Source: Lama glama (lineage: Eukaryota). From it: DNA of 64,000 bases. Both the position numbers and the translations under genes were made by a program. Location: assembly GCA_028534125.1 (NCBI GenBank), contig CM052818.1, positions 31,932,001-31,996,000 on the forward strand, read 5' to 3'. Position 1 is the stretch's first letter. Each line of letters begins with the position of its first letter. Shown piece after piece: positions 37,570-51,378 of this stretch. The notes under the pieces were generated by a model. The model saw only the letters and a program-made list of their open reading frames with translations, searched no databases and had not been told where the DNA came from.

Positions 37570-38904
37570 AAGTTAACTTTTATTTCATCAGCTCACGTTA
37601 TGATCAGAATTGCTGATTCATAAATGAAACTAATATGAATTTTCAGATCACTTGGTGCATCCCGATTGTTTGGAAAGAACTCTAAAATGAAATGTTTCAA
37701 ATTTCCTAGAATTTCAATTATTAATTGATCATTAATAACAAAGTCTGTCCCTGGGTCTACATTAGACAAAAAATAAAAACTTATTGAATGTAAGTCAGTG
37801 GATGAATGAATGAGATTGCAGATGGGCCATGAAAAACAAAAGATCTGGCTTACCAGAGGGCTTCAGTGCCATCTAGCAGAGTGACTGTTACTTGGAAATC
37901 CGTGATATCAAGTCTGATAGTATCAACCAATGATTCTTCATATATGGTACAGAGGTTGGAAACTAAATATTTATTGAGCTATACTAGGCATTTTGCTAGA
38001 TGCTTTTCATGTGTTATCTAATAGAAGAAAATGTAGTAGAAGAATGTAAGGTAGATGAAAGTAAGAGACTTGCCAGAAGTCATAGAGTTTGTAAGAGGTA
38101 GAGCCAGACACAAATTCACATCTCTTAGTCCCTAGGGTCTTTGAAATCTGTTTCTGTTCTTATAGCCTATGCATGGGCAGGTCAAATGAGTTGGTTCTTA
38201 TTATTTCATCTCTTTCAATTTTAATGTGTCAGAAATAGCACAGATAGTATCATCTTAGAAATAGAGTACCACTGATGATAATTCTTGGAAAAGACCCTCA
38301 AGATTCATCTTTTGTTTCTATTACATAGAAGTAGGCCCACAAAGACTTGGGTCACAAAGAAGTCTACTGGGTGTGTACTTTGGGACCAGAGGTCTTTGCA
38401 TAGATTAAAGTCTAGTCCACATCAATTGTGATTGTTAGACATGTCTCATGAAGCCTTGACCTGGCATCTAGTCTTAACAAGAGCAGACCTTCTCTAATCC
38501 ACTTTATACTCTGCCTCTTTCCATCCAGGCAAGATCGTCTAATCATGGCAGATGCAGGGTTGTGAACTGTGGTTTACTCTTCCTTATAAAATGACATTAA
38601 TGTTGCTGTAATCATTCTTTAGCTGCATATATTAGAGATTCCTTCCCCAGAGCCCCAAACACTTTGCAAATATGATCTCATTAACCCACACACCAACTCT
38701 GTGTGGTAGGTCAACTGTGTTGGCAGCATTCGGGAATTGAATTATGCAAAGAGAAAGTGGTCTTTTCAGAGATGCCTGCCAGCTGGGGATGAGATCAAAA
38801 TTAACAAGGAATCTCAGAACTGTTCAGGGCCCTAGATGTCACTTGCTCCAGCATCCTTGTTGAATAAACAGGAAACTGAGGCCTAGATGGACCATATCAC
38901 TAAA

Positions 38905-39075
38905 ATCTAGGGTTCTCAATCATAGCTGTTTGTTATTATCACTTGGAAAGCTTTAAAACTATGTACCCTTATACAGGTTCCACTCCAGACCAGTTTAATC
39001 AGTGTCTCTGGGACCTCCCTCCATGAATGATTTTAAAAGTTTTGTAGATGATTCTAATGAGCAGCCAGATTGAGA
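38905..39075. mobile_element. MER5-family element nested in a MIR
   Basis: 'agggttctcaatcatagctg...atcacttggaaagctttaaaa...cagaccagtttaatcagtgtctctggg...gatgattctaatgagcagccagattgaga'. Confidence 0.75.
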
Positions 39076-39722
39076 GTTAGATGGACAAAAGCAAACTGAG
39101 GTGGAGAAGCACTGTCTATACACTCCAGTCTAGGGATTTGTCCGTGGCGTCCCTTTGTCATTCTATGTTGTAGTTTGGCTTATGGCAGAAGTTCTTGATG
39201 TTTTAACCAATCCGGGCTGTCATCTTTGAAGTGGGGAATATTTGTAGTAATTTCATTGCTTTTCACATCATTTCATTACACCAGCAGAGATACCCTGCAA
39301 AGATGTGGCAACATAATGCTGAAGTAACTGTGTTATTCCACCAACCAATCAATCAACTAGTCAATTCACCAGACAGAATCAGTCAGATCACTTGGTTGGC
39401 TGACTTAGCTATTTCAGCTAGAATGGTCTGGCTAGTTGTCTAAGTGTAGACATTACTTTTCTAGACCTTGCCTTTTACAGGGAGATATGATGATATTATA
39501 TTCATATATTATTTTCTATTAAAAGCTCAGTTCTAGAGAGCACTAGAAAGGCTCAGCATTATCCTTGTAAAATAATAAATGAAATCCTATCCTCTGGAAT
39601 TGCAAGGATTAGAGATTCAAGAGTTCATTGTAAGCCCATAGTAAGTGCTTGATAAATAGTAGCTATTTTTACACTCACATTGCCCTGTGATATTGCAGTG
39701 ACCTAGACCCAGCTCCAGATAG

Positions 39723-39765
39723 GCACACATGCATGCGCGCGCGCGCACACACACACACACACACA
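39723..39765. repeat. Alternating purine-pyrimidine tract with (GC)6(AC)n
   Basis: Read directly from the sequence. Confidence 0.95.
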
Positions 39766-40519
39766 GTGTACCAGTGTGGAGCATGCTGTTAGATTTGGCT
39801 ATTTGCAAACTTGGCTAAAGTTGAGCGTGGGAGGAAGAAACAACAATCTATTCAGTCCTTCACCTCCAGAAAAAAAGCAGCAGTACAGAAAGTGGCACTA
39901 GTTGAAGAACTGGAAACACAAACAACATGAAGCTCTGTTTGAATAAAAAAACGCAGTTCTTTTAGCTTTGAATGAGGTACATTTCTTGTGGATTTCCTGG
40001 CTCCTGCTCCTTAGCCCTCTGACTCCTGAAGCCAAAGCCCCTTGACCTTGGAATCTGGGATCACTGCTGTCCCCTAGCTGTGTAGTTCTGCACATCCCTT
40101 TCAGTTTTATTATTTTTGACAATAAGCCAGTCTCTTTGAAGTTCTGCCCAGACCTATTCTCTGTTCTCAGTGACCTGAGTCTCTCTAGGTTGACTATGAA
40201 CCATCTTCAATCTCTCATTCAGAAACTAAGCCCTGGGCTAGTTCTCTCACTTTCCCTTTCTTATGAGTCCCTGAGTCCGTGTACAACCTCAGTTCTCCCC
40301 AGCCCAGGAATCCTGCTTCTGCATCATACAAGCAACAAAAATGAAAAGAAAGTGGTGAATGCTCCCAGTTCCCAAGGCAGGTTGTCAGGGACCTGTCTAG
40401 ACCTCTCTGGTTTCAGCATCTAGACCTCTCCCTTCCTTCCCTAATGAAGTATATTATATTAACTCGTCCAATGGAATATCCCCTCACTGCCTGCCTCCCA
40501 CAACACTCTAGCCCTTCTT

Positions 40520-41475
40520 TTTTTGTCTAAAATTGTGAGAGTACCTTAATTTTTTTCATTTTCATTGTAGGTTACCACAAGATATTGAATATAATTTCCT
40601 GTTCTATACAGAAGAAACTTGTATATCTACTTTATATATAGTAGTTTATCTATTTTATAAATAGTAGTTAGTATCTGCATATCTCAAACTGCCATTTTAT
40701 CCTTTCTCACCCTCTTTTCCCCCTGGTAACCACAAATTTATTTTCTATGTTTGTGAATCTGTTTCTGTTTTGTAAAGAAGTTCATTTCTGTCTTTTTTTT
40801 TTTTAAGATTCCGCATATGAGTGATATCAATGGTATTTTTCTTTCTCTTTCTGGCTTACTTCACTTAGAATGATGATATCCAGGTCCATTCATGTTGTTG
40901 CAAATGGCATTATTTTATCCTTTTTTTTTTTGGCTGAGTAGTATTCTGTTATATAAATATACCACAACTTCTTTATCCAGTTATCTGTTGTTGGACATTT
41001 AGGTTATTTACATGTCTTGACTATTGTAAATAGTGCTGCTGTGAACTTTATGGTGCATGTAGCTTTTCGAATTAGAGTTCCCTCCGTATATATGCCCAGG
41101 AGTGGGATTACCTGATCATGTGGTAAATCTATTTTCAGTCTTTTGAGAATTCTCTGTATTGTTTTCCATAATGGTTACACCAAATTTCATTTCCACCAAC
41201 AATGTACCACCAACAGTATAGGAGGGTTCCCTTTTTTCTACACCCTTTCCAGCAAATATCGTTTGTGGACTTTTGAATGATGTCCATTCTGACTGATATG
41301 AGGTGATACCTCATTGTAGTTTTGATTTGCATTTCTTTGATAATTAGTGATATTAAACATTTTTTCATGTGCCTATTGGCCATTTGTATGTCTTCCCTGG
41401 AGAAATGCTTGTTTAGGTCTTTTGCCCATTTTTAGATTTTTTGTTTGTTTGTTTTTTGTTATTAAGCTGTATGAG
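40520..41475 (-). mobile_element. Older 5'-truncated LINE-1 3' end
   Basis: ORF 41135-41383 reads MANRHMKKC...[15 protein letters not shown] actct(a)agcccttctt at 40505-40519 and 41476-41491 with a 1-nt indel. Confidence 0.93.
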
Positions 41476-43814
41476 ACTCTAAGCCCTTCTTGTTGCAGAG
41501 CCTCTCATGACAGGTGTGGTGGCTGTGTGGCCACATTACTGAAGCACTCGGCAATCACTAGACTCCTTAATCTAAACAGTTGTTTTACCAACAGACAGCT
41601 GAATGAGCTAAGATAACTCCATTCATTGTCCTTAAAGACAGGTCACAGCCTAAAGACTAGACAGAGACTGGTGTTTTGGCACAAATGTATGCATTTAAGT
41701 GCACAGTAACAAACACAGTGTCTTGGATTGCCATCTGTTACTCCTTGGTCAGTTGTTAAGTGGCTTGGGGAATGAAACCTAATTATTTTTGTATCATTCA
41801 CCCAGCACCTAGCACTGTATCTAGTAATAGTAGGTGCATGATATATGTTTTCTATATGAATGAAACATTACCAGATGGCTTACTATTGTGCCAGTATGCC
41901 CTACCTAAAAATGACATTTGCTTGGGTTAGATTGAATCTGACAAGGAACATGCAGGAAGCTAGACTTTAGAAACTTTATTTGTTGTTCGGTGAGTTTCCA
42001 TCTCCTTTTGGAGGCTCCCAGGGCAATCCTAGGGACATTTGTCTCTGCAAACTCCAGAAGCAGAGGGAAGAAAAGAAAACTTGTTATTTGCATTTAGTTT
42101 TCACCTGGACTTTGATCTCCCACTACTGAGACCCTCACCTCCTCCATTCTGGGGACTGTGTGTTATTTCTCTTGAACTCTTAATTACCTAGCCTAAGCCT
42201 GGTACACAATTGGTGATTTATCAACATTTATTGAATGAATGACCATGTGTTGATATCTACATTATTCAGCAAGCCCTCTAGCACCATCTCTCTTAACACA
42301 CATTTTGGTTTAGCATCAGTCATTAATGGATGCCATTTCTTCTCTAGGCAAAGTTATTTGTTCAAATGTGGCTTACTTGTCTTTGGATTGCCCTCAAAAA
42401 AGAGTCTCTGATAGTTGTGCTGATGTTTCATTGAATGGAATGAGGTGCTTCCATTTTCATAATGTTGGAAACTGCCACTTGTGTTGGTTCATGGGTAATG
42501 GTGAGGGCTTAGGGGAGCCGCGCTAATCCTTCTAGGGCTTATAGAAGTTAAAGATGTGAGGGGAAGAGATAAAAGATTGGATGGAGGAAGGAGAAAAACT
42601 AAGATAGGCAAAGAAAACAAGTATGAAAAAACTCCAAAGGACACAAAAATTGGTGACATTCATCATTAAAAAGAGGAGCATCAATCATCTCAGTCTCGTT
42701 TTATTTTCATTGTGTGTGTGAGTGAAGGTACAAGTGGAAATGACAATGGTGAATAACTTAGAAGCCACTTTTTCTAGAAACAGTGAATAAGAAAGATATT
42801 TAGTTCCAACCTTACAGTAGGGTAAAAAAGAAATCCATCAATTCTAAAATGTTCCCCAGGTAGATAACATTCCTCTGAACCTTTCCTGTGTTTCCTAATG
42901 TCAAGGGAATGGGAGGTAAGGGAGACCAGAGTAGGGGCTCGTGGTGGTTCATGGCTGCCATTCATACTAAGTTCTTTTTCCTGCTGCAGGATTCGTTTTT
43001 AGTCTTACCTGCTTTCTTTCTGAGTCTTAGCCTTGTGGCCTGCACAGATAAGCATGTCTTGCTTCTTGTTTTACATGTTTTCCCATATCGCATGGACTCA
43101 TACCTGTGTAACTCTTCTTTGTTAATGCAAGGCTGTGTGAAAGGTTGTGGACAAATGGAACTTTTGTAAATCTAATCATATTTCAAATGTACTCAAGAAC
43201 TTTCTGTTTAACAGAAGCCAGGCTTTTTCTTGCACAAAATGAAAAAAGACTTTAGCAATCCCACTCACATACCAGTTTGTCTTCACTGAAGGGCAGTTTT
43301 ATTATTTTTTTAAATCACCAGTTTTCTTAAAGCTGAGCCTGACTTTCCTGAAGCAGTGAATAGTTGTCTGCAGACTGTAGGACCTTAGTGTACTCTGCTG
43401 AGGGAGCTCTGATCTCCCTACTGCCCTCACTTACTACCAAGAAGTGCCTAGGACAGAAGTGTCCCTTGCTTGTATCTAACACCTTGTACCTAATAGCACA
43501 TGTGCACCCAAGTTTTCTGCAGTGCTTGGTAGGTAGGGCAGGTAGAGCCCATGTACAGCCATGAGAGAAATTTGTGGCAAGAATCTAGACCCTGTTCTCC
43601 TGATTTCTAACCAAGTGCTTGTCCCTCCCTTTGCTGTACCATCTCCCCATAGTAAGATTCATCCTACAATGTGATACTTCTTGTCAGTGATTTAGGGCAT
43701 GTTCACCTTGATCCCTCCACTTAGTTGTCAGGGGGCACATTCAAAACTGCTGATGATTGAAGATGCTGCCTTCTTGGATTCTTGCTAAACAATTGGGAGA
43801 ATGGTTTAGGAGGC

Positions 43815-44035
43815 ATTGAATGTAGTGGTAAGGCTGGCTTGGGTTCTTGGGTTCAGTCATAGTCTAATTATTAGCAATGTGAACTTGGACCAGTTTCTTA
43901 ACCTCTCTGGAACCTCAGTTTCCTCATCTGTAAGATGAATATATTAAATCAATCTCAGAGAGTTGTGAATATTAGAGAAAAATATATATACAGCATGGTA
44001 GGTGCTGAATAAATAGGAATCATCATTATCATTAG
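43815..44035 (+). mobile_element. MIR SINE
   Basis: 'tgtgaacttggaccagtttcttaacctctctggaacctcagtttcctcatctgtaagatg'. Confidence 0.88.
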
Positions 44036-47000
44036 TGTTTACTAGAACTAAAGTTGTTTTGACCTCATCTTTGTTTTATCTTCACCTTCCCACTTTGTCT
44101 ACCCTTCTGTTTCCTGTTATACTTCTCTTGTGGTTGCCTAAAGATATTTTCTATTTTCTGTCTCCTCACCCCTAATTTCTCCCCCTCCTTCCTTCTCTCT
44201 TTCATACTCTCTCTCATGTCTAATGTTATGGTATTCCCATTCTCTCTTTCATCTAAGAATCATAAAATTTCAAATCTTCAGTGGCTCTTGGAGATACTCC
44301 TGTGTGTCAGATGAGACAGCTGAAGCCCAAGGAAATTGACATTTATCCAAGATCACCAGGTAGTGGAATCCTGGAGAACTCATGTAGATACTCAGCATGC
44401 CTGCTCCTTTATGACTGTTTCTGGGGTTGAGCATGTGAGGGACGTTCATCCCCCAAGGGCCTGGCGAGGACAGGGATGTTACAGTGCTCATTCTCCCTGA
44501 AGGATAGTGTTTTTCGTCTTTCCTTTCTAACCCCTCAGGAACATTTTATATTTCAAAGCTTTTTGATAAAACAGCTAAAACAGCTCACCTCCTGGGGCAG
44601 CAAAACTCAGCTGAGATTTCTCCTGAAACTTTCTTGTTGTTGAACTATGGGTATTTAACATTTTTTTCAGTCATTAAAAAAATCTACAATTGCTCAGCAG
44701 GGATAGTACATCATGAATGAAGAGTAGTGGGCCTTTGATCTAGTTTTGTGTCTGCTTTCTCAGTAATAAATGGGCTTTTGTTATGAGGTTGACACTTACT
44801 GAGTTTGCTTTTCATTGGTCCATGGTGACTTGGGAGCAGCTGAAGCTGTGTTCTCTTTTCTTAGTTTGATAGCAAGACTATGACTTGAAACCTAACTGGA
44901 CATTGCTGCTTAGGCCCTTTCAATATTCTGGGCATTAAAGAGAGAGAAAATTGTGTTCCATCTGGGAGAATAGCTTCCAAACTAAATGTCAGGTGATGGT
45001 TTAGCATAGTGGTGCCTGATATGATCCATTACAAAGGAGAGATGACCTATTGATTATGATGCTGAAAAGAGAAAAGCACATCCCTGAGAAAAAAAGCAGG
45101 AAAAAGTGGGGAGCCTGTAATGTAGCAGTTATCTTTAAGTCAGTGCCCTTGAGTAATGACAGATGTCTTGCACTGGCTCAGATTTCTTTGAATCAGCCTG
45201 GAAATGGAGCCCAATGCCACTACCATCAAAGGCAGCAGGAGTGATGATGTTAAAGAAAGCTATTTTGAGTAATGTTAATGTTGAGAAGAATGGCTTATAC
45301 AACAGGACATCCATCTAGAATGTGGTCAGAAGGCACTCTGCAAAAGGGCGTGAAAATAAAGACTTGGGGAGCAGAACTGGCATAAACACGTCAAGAAGGC
45401 TTATTTGTGCTCTCAGATTGGCAAGGTGAGAGGCAAAGGTGCACGGAAGGCAGCTCTGGGGAGTGATAATGATGTTTGGAGCCTTTCACTTTGGTGCAGG
45501 TCACTGGTTCAGTTCAAACCCTAACTGCTGGAGATTGTTACGACTTGACGGCTGATGAGAAATCAGGTTCTGGCTTTCATTCGACTTCCTAAAAGTTGTC
45601 CCTGTAATTGGTTTCCTTTCCTGGAAGGCTGCTGAAGGCTGGGGATGGCAACAGGTCCAGAACTGTTCTGAGGCTAGGAGGGCATTCTGCTGGGATGGGG
45701 AGGGGAATACATGCTGGAAAGGGACAGAGAGGAAAGGCAGTGCAGTGAAGGGAGGTAAATGCTTTATTCTCTGGCCCCTGAAACTGCAAGGGTTGCAGGG
45801 ATCCTGAGGCCAGCCTGTAGGCAGAACAGCTTGCAGACATTGGACAGAGAGTTCGACTAAGTCCCACAAAGAAATTCATGTTTGACCCACAAGCCTCTTT
45901 GTCTTTCTCGTATTCACCTCTAGCACAATTTCAGAGAGTCCTAATCTAATTTCAGGGCATGAGAGTGTAACTTGTGAGCTAGCTTCCTGATCCCTCGTTT
46001 AAGCCTCCAACCTTTCAGGTATTAGGCTGTTGTAAAGCGTAGGCTCTTGCACGGCAAAAGCTTGGCTCTTAGATTTCAACTGCTTTTCTTGGATTTTCTG
46101 CTATTGTCACCCCTTTCCTGACAGTGAATAGGAAAAGGCGAGTGTCAATAAGTAAGAGGAAATATATGAAATGAGAAGTCCATCAGTTATTACCTCCAGC
46201 TGTCATCCTGTTCCACTTCATTATGTGTTTCTTTCAACAATAACCTTATTCCGGGGCTTTTGAAGCCTGCAGCCAGATCAGCCGGTAGAACCACCTGTGG
46301 GTCCATTGGCTTCTCATCAAGGAGGAACTCTCCCTTTGGGCAATTTACAAATCCAAAAGCCCTGTGAAGGTCTATTTTGTAGAGTGAGACAATGGACAGA
46401 AGAAGGAGCCCACGAGAAAGCTGGCCAGGTCTAATATTTTATGGCTTATAACCTTTTGGTTACAAGGATGAGGGATGAGAGAAGAGAGGGGAAAAACTCA
46501 ATACCCATCATAATAAGTAAGCAGTGTCATTTTTATATAGATGAGAAAATTTATTTGTTTGCTTTGTGTATTGTATTGATTTCATGTCGCTTTGCAGATG
46601 ATCTGTTCCTGAAAAGTGTGCCTAGAGTGTCAGCTGCGTGATCATGGGCACATTCTCTCTCCTCCATGGATGTGAGGAGTTTGGTTTCTGATCTGGAAGG
46701 CCTGTAGCAGGGTGAGGAGACTGGTGTGCTAGAGCTACTGGTAAGCCTGGGAGAAGCCCAGAGAATGGTTTATACTTGTCTCTGGAACACAGGATTTGTG
46801 CAAAAGCTTACATGTTGGGGTACATTTCTTTGAGGGAGTGGCCCTGCCAAGGCAGAAGGTGGGATGGAAAACAAGGGTGGTGTTCTCCAGAACAAGTTGC
46901 TACATTTGTGCTCATTCTTGGAAGGAGGTAGATGTGTTTTAAGTATTTGTAAGTTTATTCTTCATTACACCTTGAATTCCCTGGGTGTAGCATCTGAATC

Positions 47001-49879
47001 ATCTCTGTTCCCTTCATTCCTAGTGGCTGCCAGACACATAGTAGGTACACAGAAAATACCTTTATTATAAGAGTGAGTGAAGGGGGAGAACAGAGCATGG
47101 GGGTAGTTCTATCTTTTCTGAAAATGACGTTGGCTGCCTTGGCATATTTTCAGTCAGTTCCTACTTGGCCATTCTTCATAATACACTTAAGCATCTAGAA
47201 AGTAATCAAAAAACATTATGCTGAGTAGGCGAGAAACAGATCTCAAAAATTAGAACTTAGGCTTCCATATAATGATGAGGTTAAAGCTTAGTCAATAGAA
47301 AGGATGTTGGATATATTTGAAGAGCCTCTCGTCAGCATCAGCTTTCTCAAGCAACATTGGCTCTTCCTTGTGGAATCTGTTCCCCCAACAATCCTTGGGC
47401 TGCACTAAGGTGAACCATCCGTTTCAGCGAAGGGTGCTGCTCAGACCTCCCTCGGGGGTCCAGGGATTAGCTTTCTTCACCTGGCTTCCTGTTGCACATT
47501 CCTGACCTCATGTGAGCCTATCGTGTCACAGTTAGGCCCAATCAGTAATCTTTTAAAATAAACTTTGCCCTTTGAAAACCAGCCCTAAGCACTTTGCATT
47601 CCTCTCCTGTTTGAAAAATTCATTTTTATTTTACACTCAATTCTAAAAATACCTGAGTGTGTGGGAGGCCCAAGCGGTACAATTCAAAGCTATTCCAGTA
47701 TGTGAGGGTCTTGAGGGCTTGACAATGAACTCCTTTAGGTGAATCCATCACCTTCATGGATTCAGGAAATGAGCTTTTTGAAAGACAAAGTTGGAGGGTA
47801 AGCATTCTGTCACTTGGCAGTCTCAACTCGGTAGAGGGCAGGAGGGCACCAAGATGCTAAAAGTTGTTGAGTTGAAAATGGCTGTGACATGTCTTAATTT
47901 TTTTTTCAAGATAGATGCAGTGTTTAGGCAGTATTGACTCCAAGTTGATTAATAATCTTCAGTGTGTTTTTGACTGTGCATGCAGAGATCAGGGGTTGAT
48001 GCCCATTGTCTTCAGGGCTGGGCTGCTTGGTCCACAATTGATGCTGGCTATTTGTTCTCAGTATTCCCAAGATCAGGGAGTCTTGTCCAAAAGCCCCATA
48101 AATGGAAGACTATTTCTGGGTGTGAGTGAAGTAATATACTTTTTCCCTGTGCTTATAGTTGTCCCAAACTGGGTGGCAGAGGCCTAATCTCTGTTTTGAC
48201 ACTATGTCCGTAAATGTATAGTGAGATACATGCTGTTCAAACACTAAGCTTTTTGCACTCTGTTTATCTGATCCTTCTAATTAAAGTTACTTTCTACACT
48301 TGATTGGTTTTTAAATCCCAGTATTTAGCAATTAAACCTTCTTTATTCTAACAACTGGGTGGCACTTCCCTGAGTGATTTAGCACATGATGTATTATCTG
48401 CTGAACCAAGAACTGGATTCCTTGGAGAGCTTCTCTTACAGAATTTAATGTTTGGGTGTCCACTGTGAATGGACACCCACTGAGGAATTTGCAGATAGAA
48501 CTGTGTGGATTCAGCTCAGGAGTGTATGGAGTAGGTTTGGGGAGATCCTTGATTTGAATTAGGAATCAGGAGATGTGATTTAATCCCCAGTGAGGCCACT
48601 CTTCTAGAGCTCCCTTAAGGTCTTTGAAGGTTGCTTTATCCACGTCTATGAGTCATTGTCAGAGCATGGTGGGTGCTGGTAGGGAAGCTGATGTGTCCCC
48701 ACCATCACAGAGGGCACTTAGCTCGGCCCTGAGGTAGGCCTCCCTCGTGTGCAGAGTGCTTGATGCTGGCAGGTAGGATGCTGGCAAATCATCTCCACTT
48801 GGTTCTTCCCAAAAGCCTAGTCAAACCTCCACAAGGCTTTCCGTTACTCCATGTCCTCCTGAACAGATAGACCTGTGGTAGAACATGCAGGGAGTGGAGA
48901 GGGTGCTAATGTTGTAATCATAACCTCTCCCCTTATCTCATTAGAGTGAACTCTATTTCCTGTTCATATTTGTTAGATTTTTGAAGGACAGAGTTTTAGT
49001 GTCATCTTTTCCAGGGAAATAGAAGGATATTAAGTCAATGGCAGCCATTTTATAGAGAAAGGATGCATGTGTTTACCTCATCCTCCCCACCTTGCTCATG
49101 CTGCCCTCCCAGCAGACACACACGTGCACTCACACACAAATGTAAACACATGTGCACATGCATATATGTGCACACAGACGCACAGCCTTGCATCCTCAAC
49201 GCCATTGAATCTGAGCCATCCAGAAATGCACGTGTACTATTATTCTGGCCTGTTCTCACTCTGGTGGGAGGACATCTTCTCAAAGTCTGGCGTCTGCACC
49301 CAAGTTTACTCAGTGACAGTGGCCCTTCCTGGGAGCCTGGTCCAACAACATAAGGCATTCTTTATTCGTTTGAGAGTGTTTTCAGTCTTTTATCCTCACA
49401 TATGAGTCCACAGTGATGCTTTAAGTGAGGTTAAATTTCTGCCGGCAAGCTGATCTGATTCACCATGAGGTGATTAGCTCTGCCATCTGACACCAAGGAC
49501 GGCGGGGTGCATCCTAATGTGTTTATTTCCTGTACTGTGAATGCAGATGCTTTAGGGGGTTTCTTCTAGATTTTTTATCCTTTCCTGAGGATTACCCCGG
49601 GGAGGACAATTGGAGCTTCTGAAGACCCACTGTAGTCGTTCTGGCATGTTTGTAAGCTTCCTCCATCACACCTCTGTGGCTGGAACTGATGGGTCTTCTT
49701 GCTCCTGGAGTCCTTCTGCAGCTGAGTTTACTGTTTTCACCAGGTGAAAAACTGGGCTGGTGAGTGGGGATAGCATGGGAAGCATGGGACCTGTAGGATC
49801 ATCCCTGAGATTCTATTGTTCTGGGAACTTCTGGCTGAGATAGTTCTGGGTGAACTCACAGGCTGGAAGGGTCTCTAAT

Positions 49880-50030
49880 ACCTCCCTGCTGAAAGTGCTG
49901 TCTGAGGACCAGAGACATGAACATCATCCAGGAGCTTGGTAGCATGCAGAATCTCAGACCCCAACCTCAGCATGTTGGAATTGGAATCTGTATTTTAACA
50001 AGAGCCCCAGGTGATCTGTAGGGCATATAA
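49880..50030. mobile_element. MER5A
   Basis: 'ggagcttggtagcatgcagaatctcagacccc...gaatctgtattttaacaagagccccaggtgat'. Confidence 0.85.
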
Positions 50031-51331
50031 GAGAAAACGACCAGTCAGCTCCTTCATCTTATGGGCTGTTCTTCTAATAACTGTCCCTCTGAGATATATT
50101 GTACTGAGAAAATGTCCAGGTGGGAAATGGAAAGGGAGCAACCCAGAAGACATTTGCAGCGTGGATCTCTGACCCTGGGGTCTCTGGGCGGCAGAAGGAC
50201 GGAGGAACTCAGCATTAGGCGAAGGAATAGACAGTGATGTGAGCGGGTGCAGAAGGAAGCTCTGAGTGGACAGACTTCTTTGACATCCGTTTCTCCTCCT
50301 TTTCCACAGGTCAGCAGCCACTAACCTCATGGGTGCTCACTTCTAGGCTGGGTGATGGTTTTAAGAGACCTCGATCTCTAAGAGACTTACGGTGTGCTCA
50401 TTTCCCTACTCCTGCCATAGAATTAAAAATTTAAAAAAACTATAAAACAGGTATAAAAAGTCTAATGAAATTCTGGTTCTCACCTTGATAATACTTTCAT
50501 CCTTGCTTTAAAATAGCAAATGCAATTTTCATGTATGAGCCCCAGTTTTGCTGGTGCCCTAAGCATATCACTGGGGAGTCAGACCCTGCCCAGTGCACTC
50601 TTGTCCTGCCCTTGCTGTAATTTGAGTAGACTCATTTCTAACCCTCGATGAAACTAAGGTCCCAGCTCTGTGGCTCCCTCCAGTGACAAAGCCAGTTACT
50701 AGGTGCCAGCACCTGGTTTCTGAGGTTCCACCTGTTAAGGTACTTCAACTCAGTCACTGGTAATTCTACATTCACCTCGGCACAGCCAGTACCCTGAAGG
50801 AATCGTCAAAATAGCAGTGGCTTCCAGGGCTTGATACAAACTAGGATCTGTTTTGAATTTATCCGTATCTCAGTGTCTGGATATTGATGAGAAACAGACC
50901 TGACTCAGACTTGAAATAAGTCAACTGGTCATTCAACAACCAGCATTTCACTCCATGCCTGATAAGGATCAGAGGGACAAATTGGCTAGCTGCCAGACCC
51001 ACAGGAGGCACACTTCAAGGAATGGGTTCCTGCCAGACCCATTCAGAAGGTCAACGTAGCCAAGAGGGAAAGGGGGAAGCTGCCCTCCCAAAGGCCATCC
51101 TCAGCCTCTAGTTCACTGCTGCATCTTGCTCAACACTGAGTCAAGGTTGGGATTAGAAGGACTAGGGAGGAGGTTAAGCATCATGGCTGCTTGTGACTTG
51201 TTAATCAGTTTTTGATGAACATCCTTCTTGCCCATGCTTAAAGGGCCAGCTTACTTATCACAAAGTCTTACTGGCAGTAAGCTCTCTTTTCCTGAATTCT
51301 ATTGCATTTTTTAAGCTGTAAAGCTATCTCA

Positions 51332-51333
<2 letters not shown>

Positions 51334-51378
<45 letters not shown>
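51334..51378. repeat. (TG)n(CG)n microsatellite
   Basis: Read directly from the sequence. Confidence 0.95.

Noticed and set aside
39335..39445. Loosely palindromic stretch (caactag...ctagttg)
   Set aside because: Pairing is too imperfect to call a structured RNA. It may be an old DNA-transposon relic that I could not assign.
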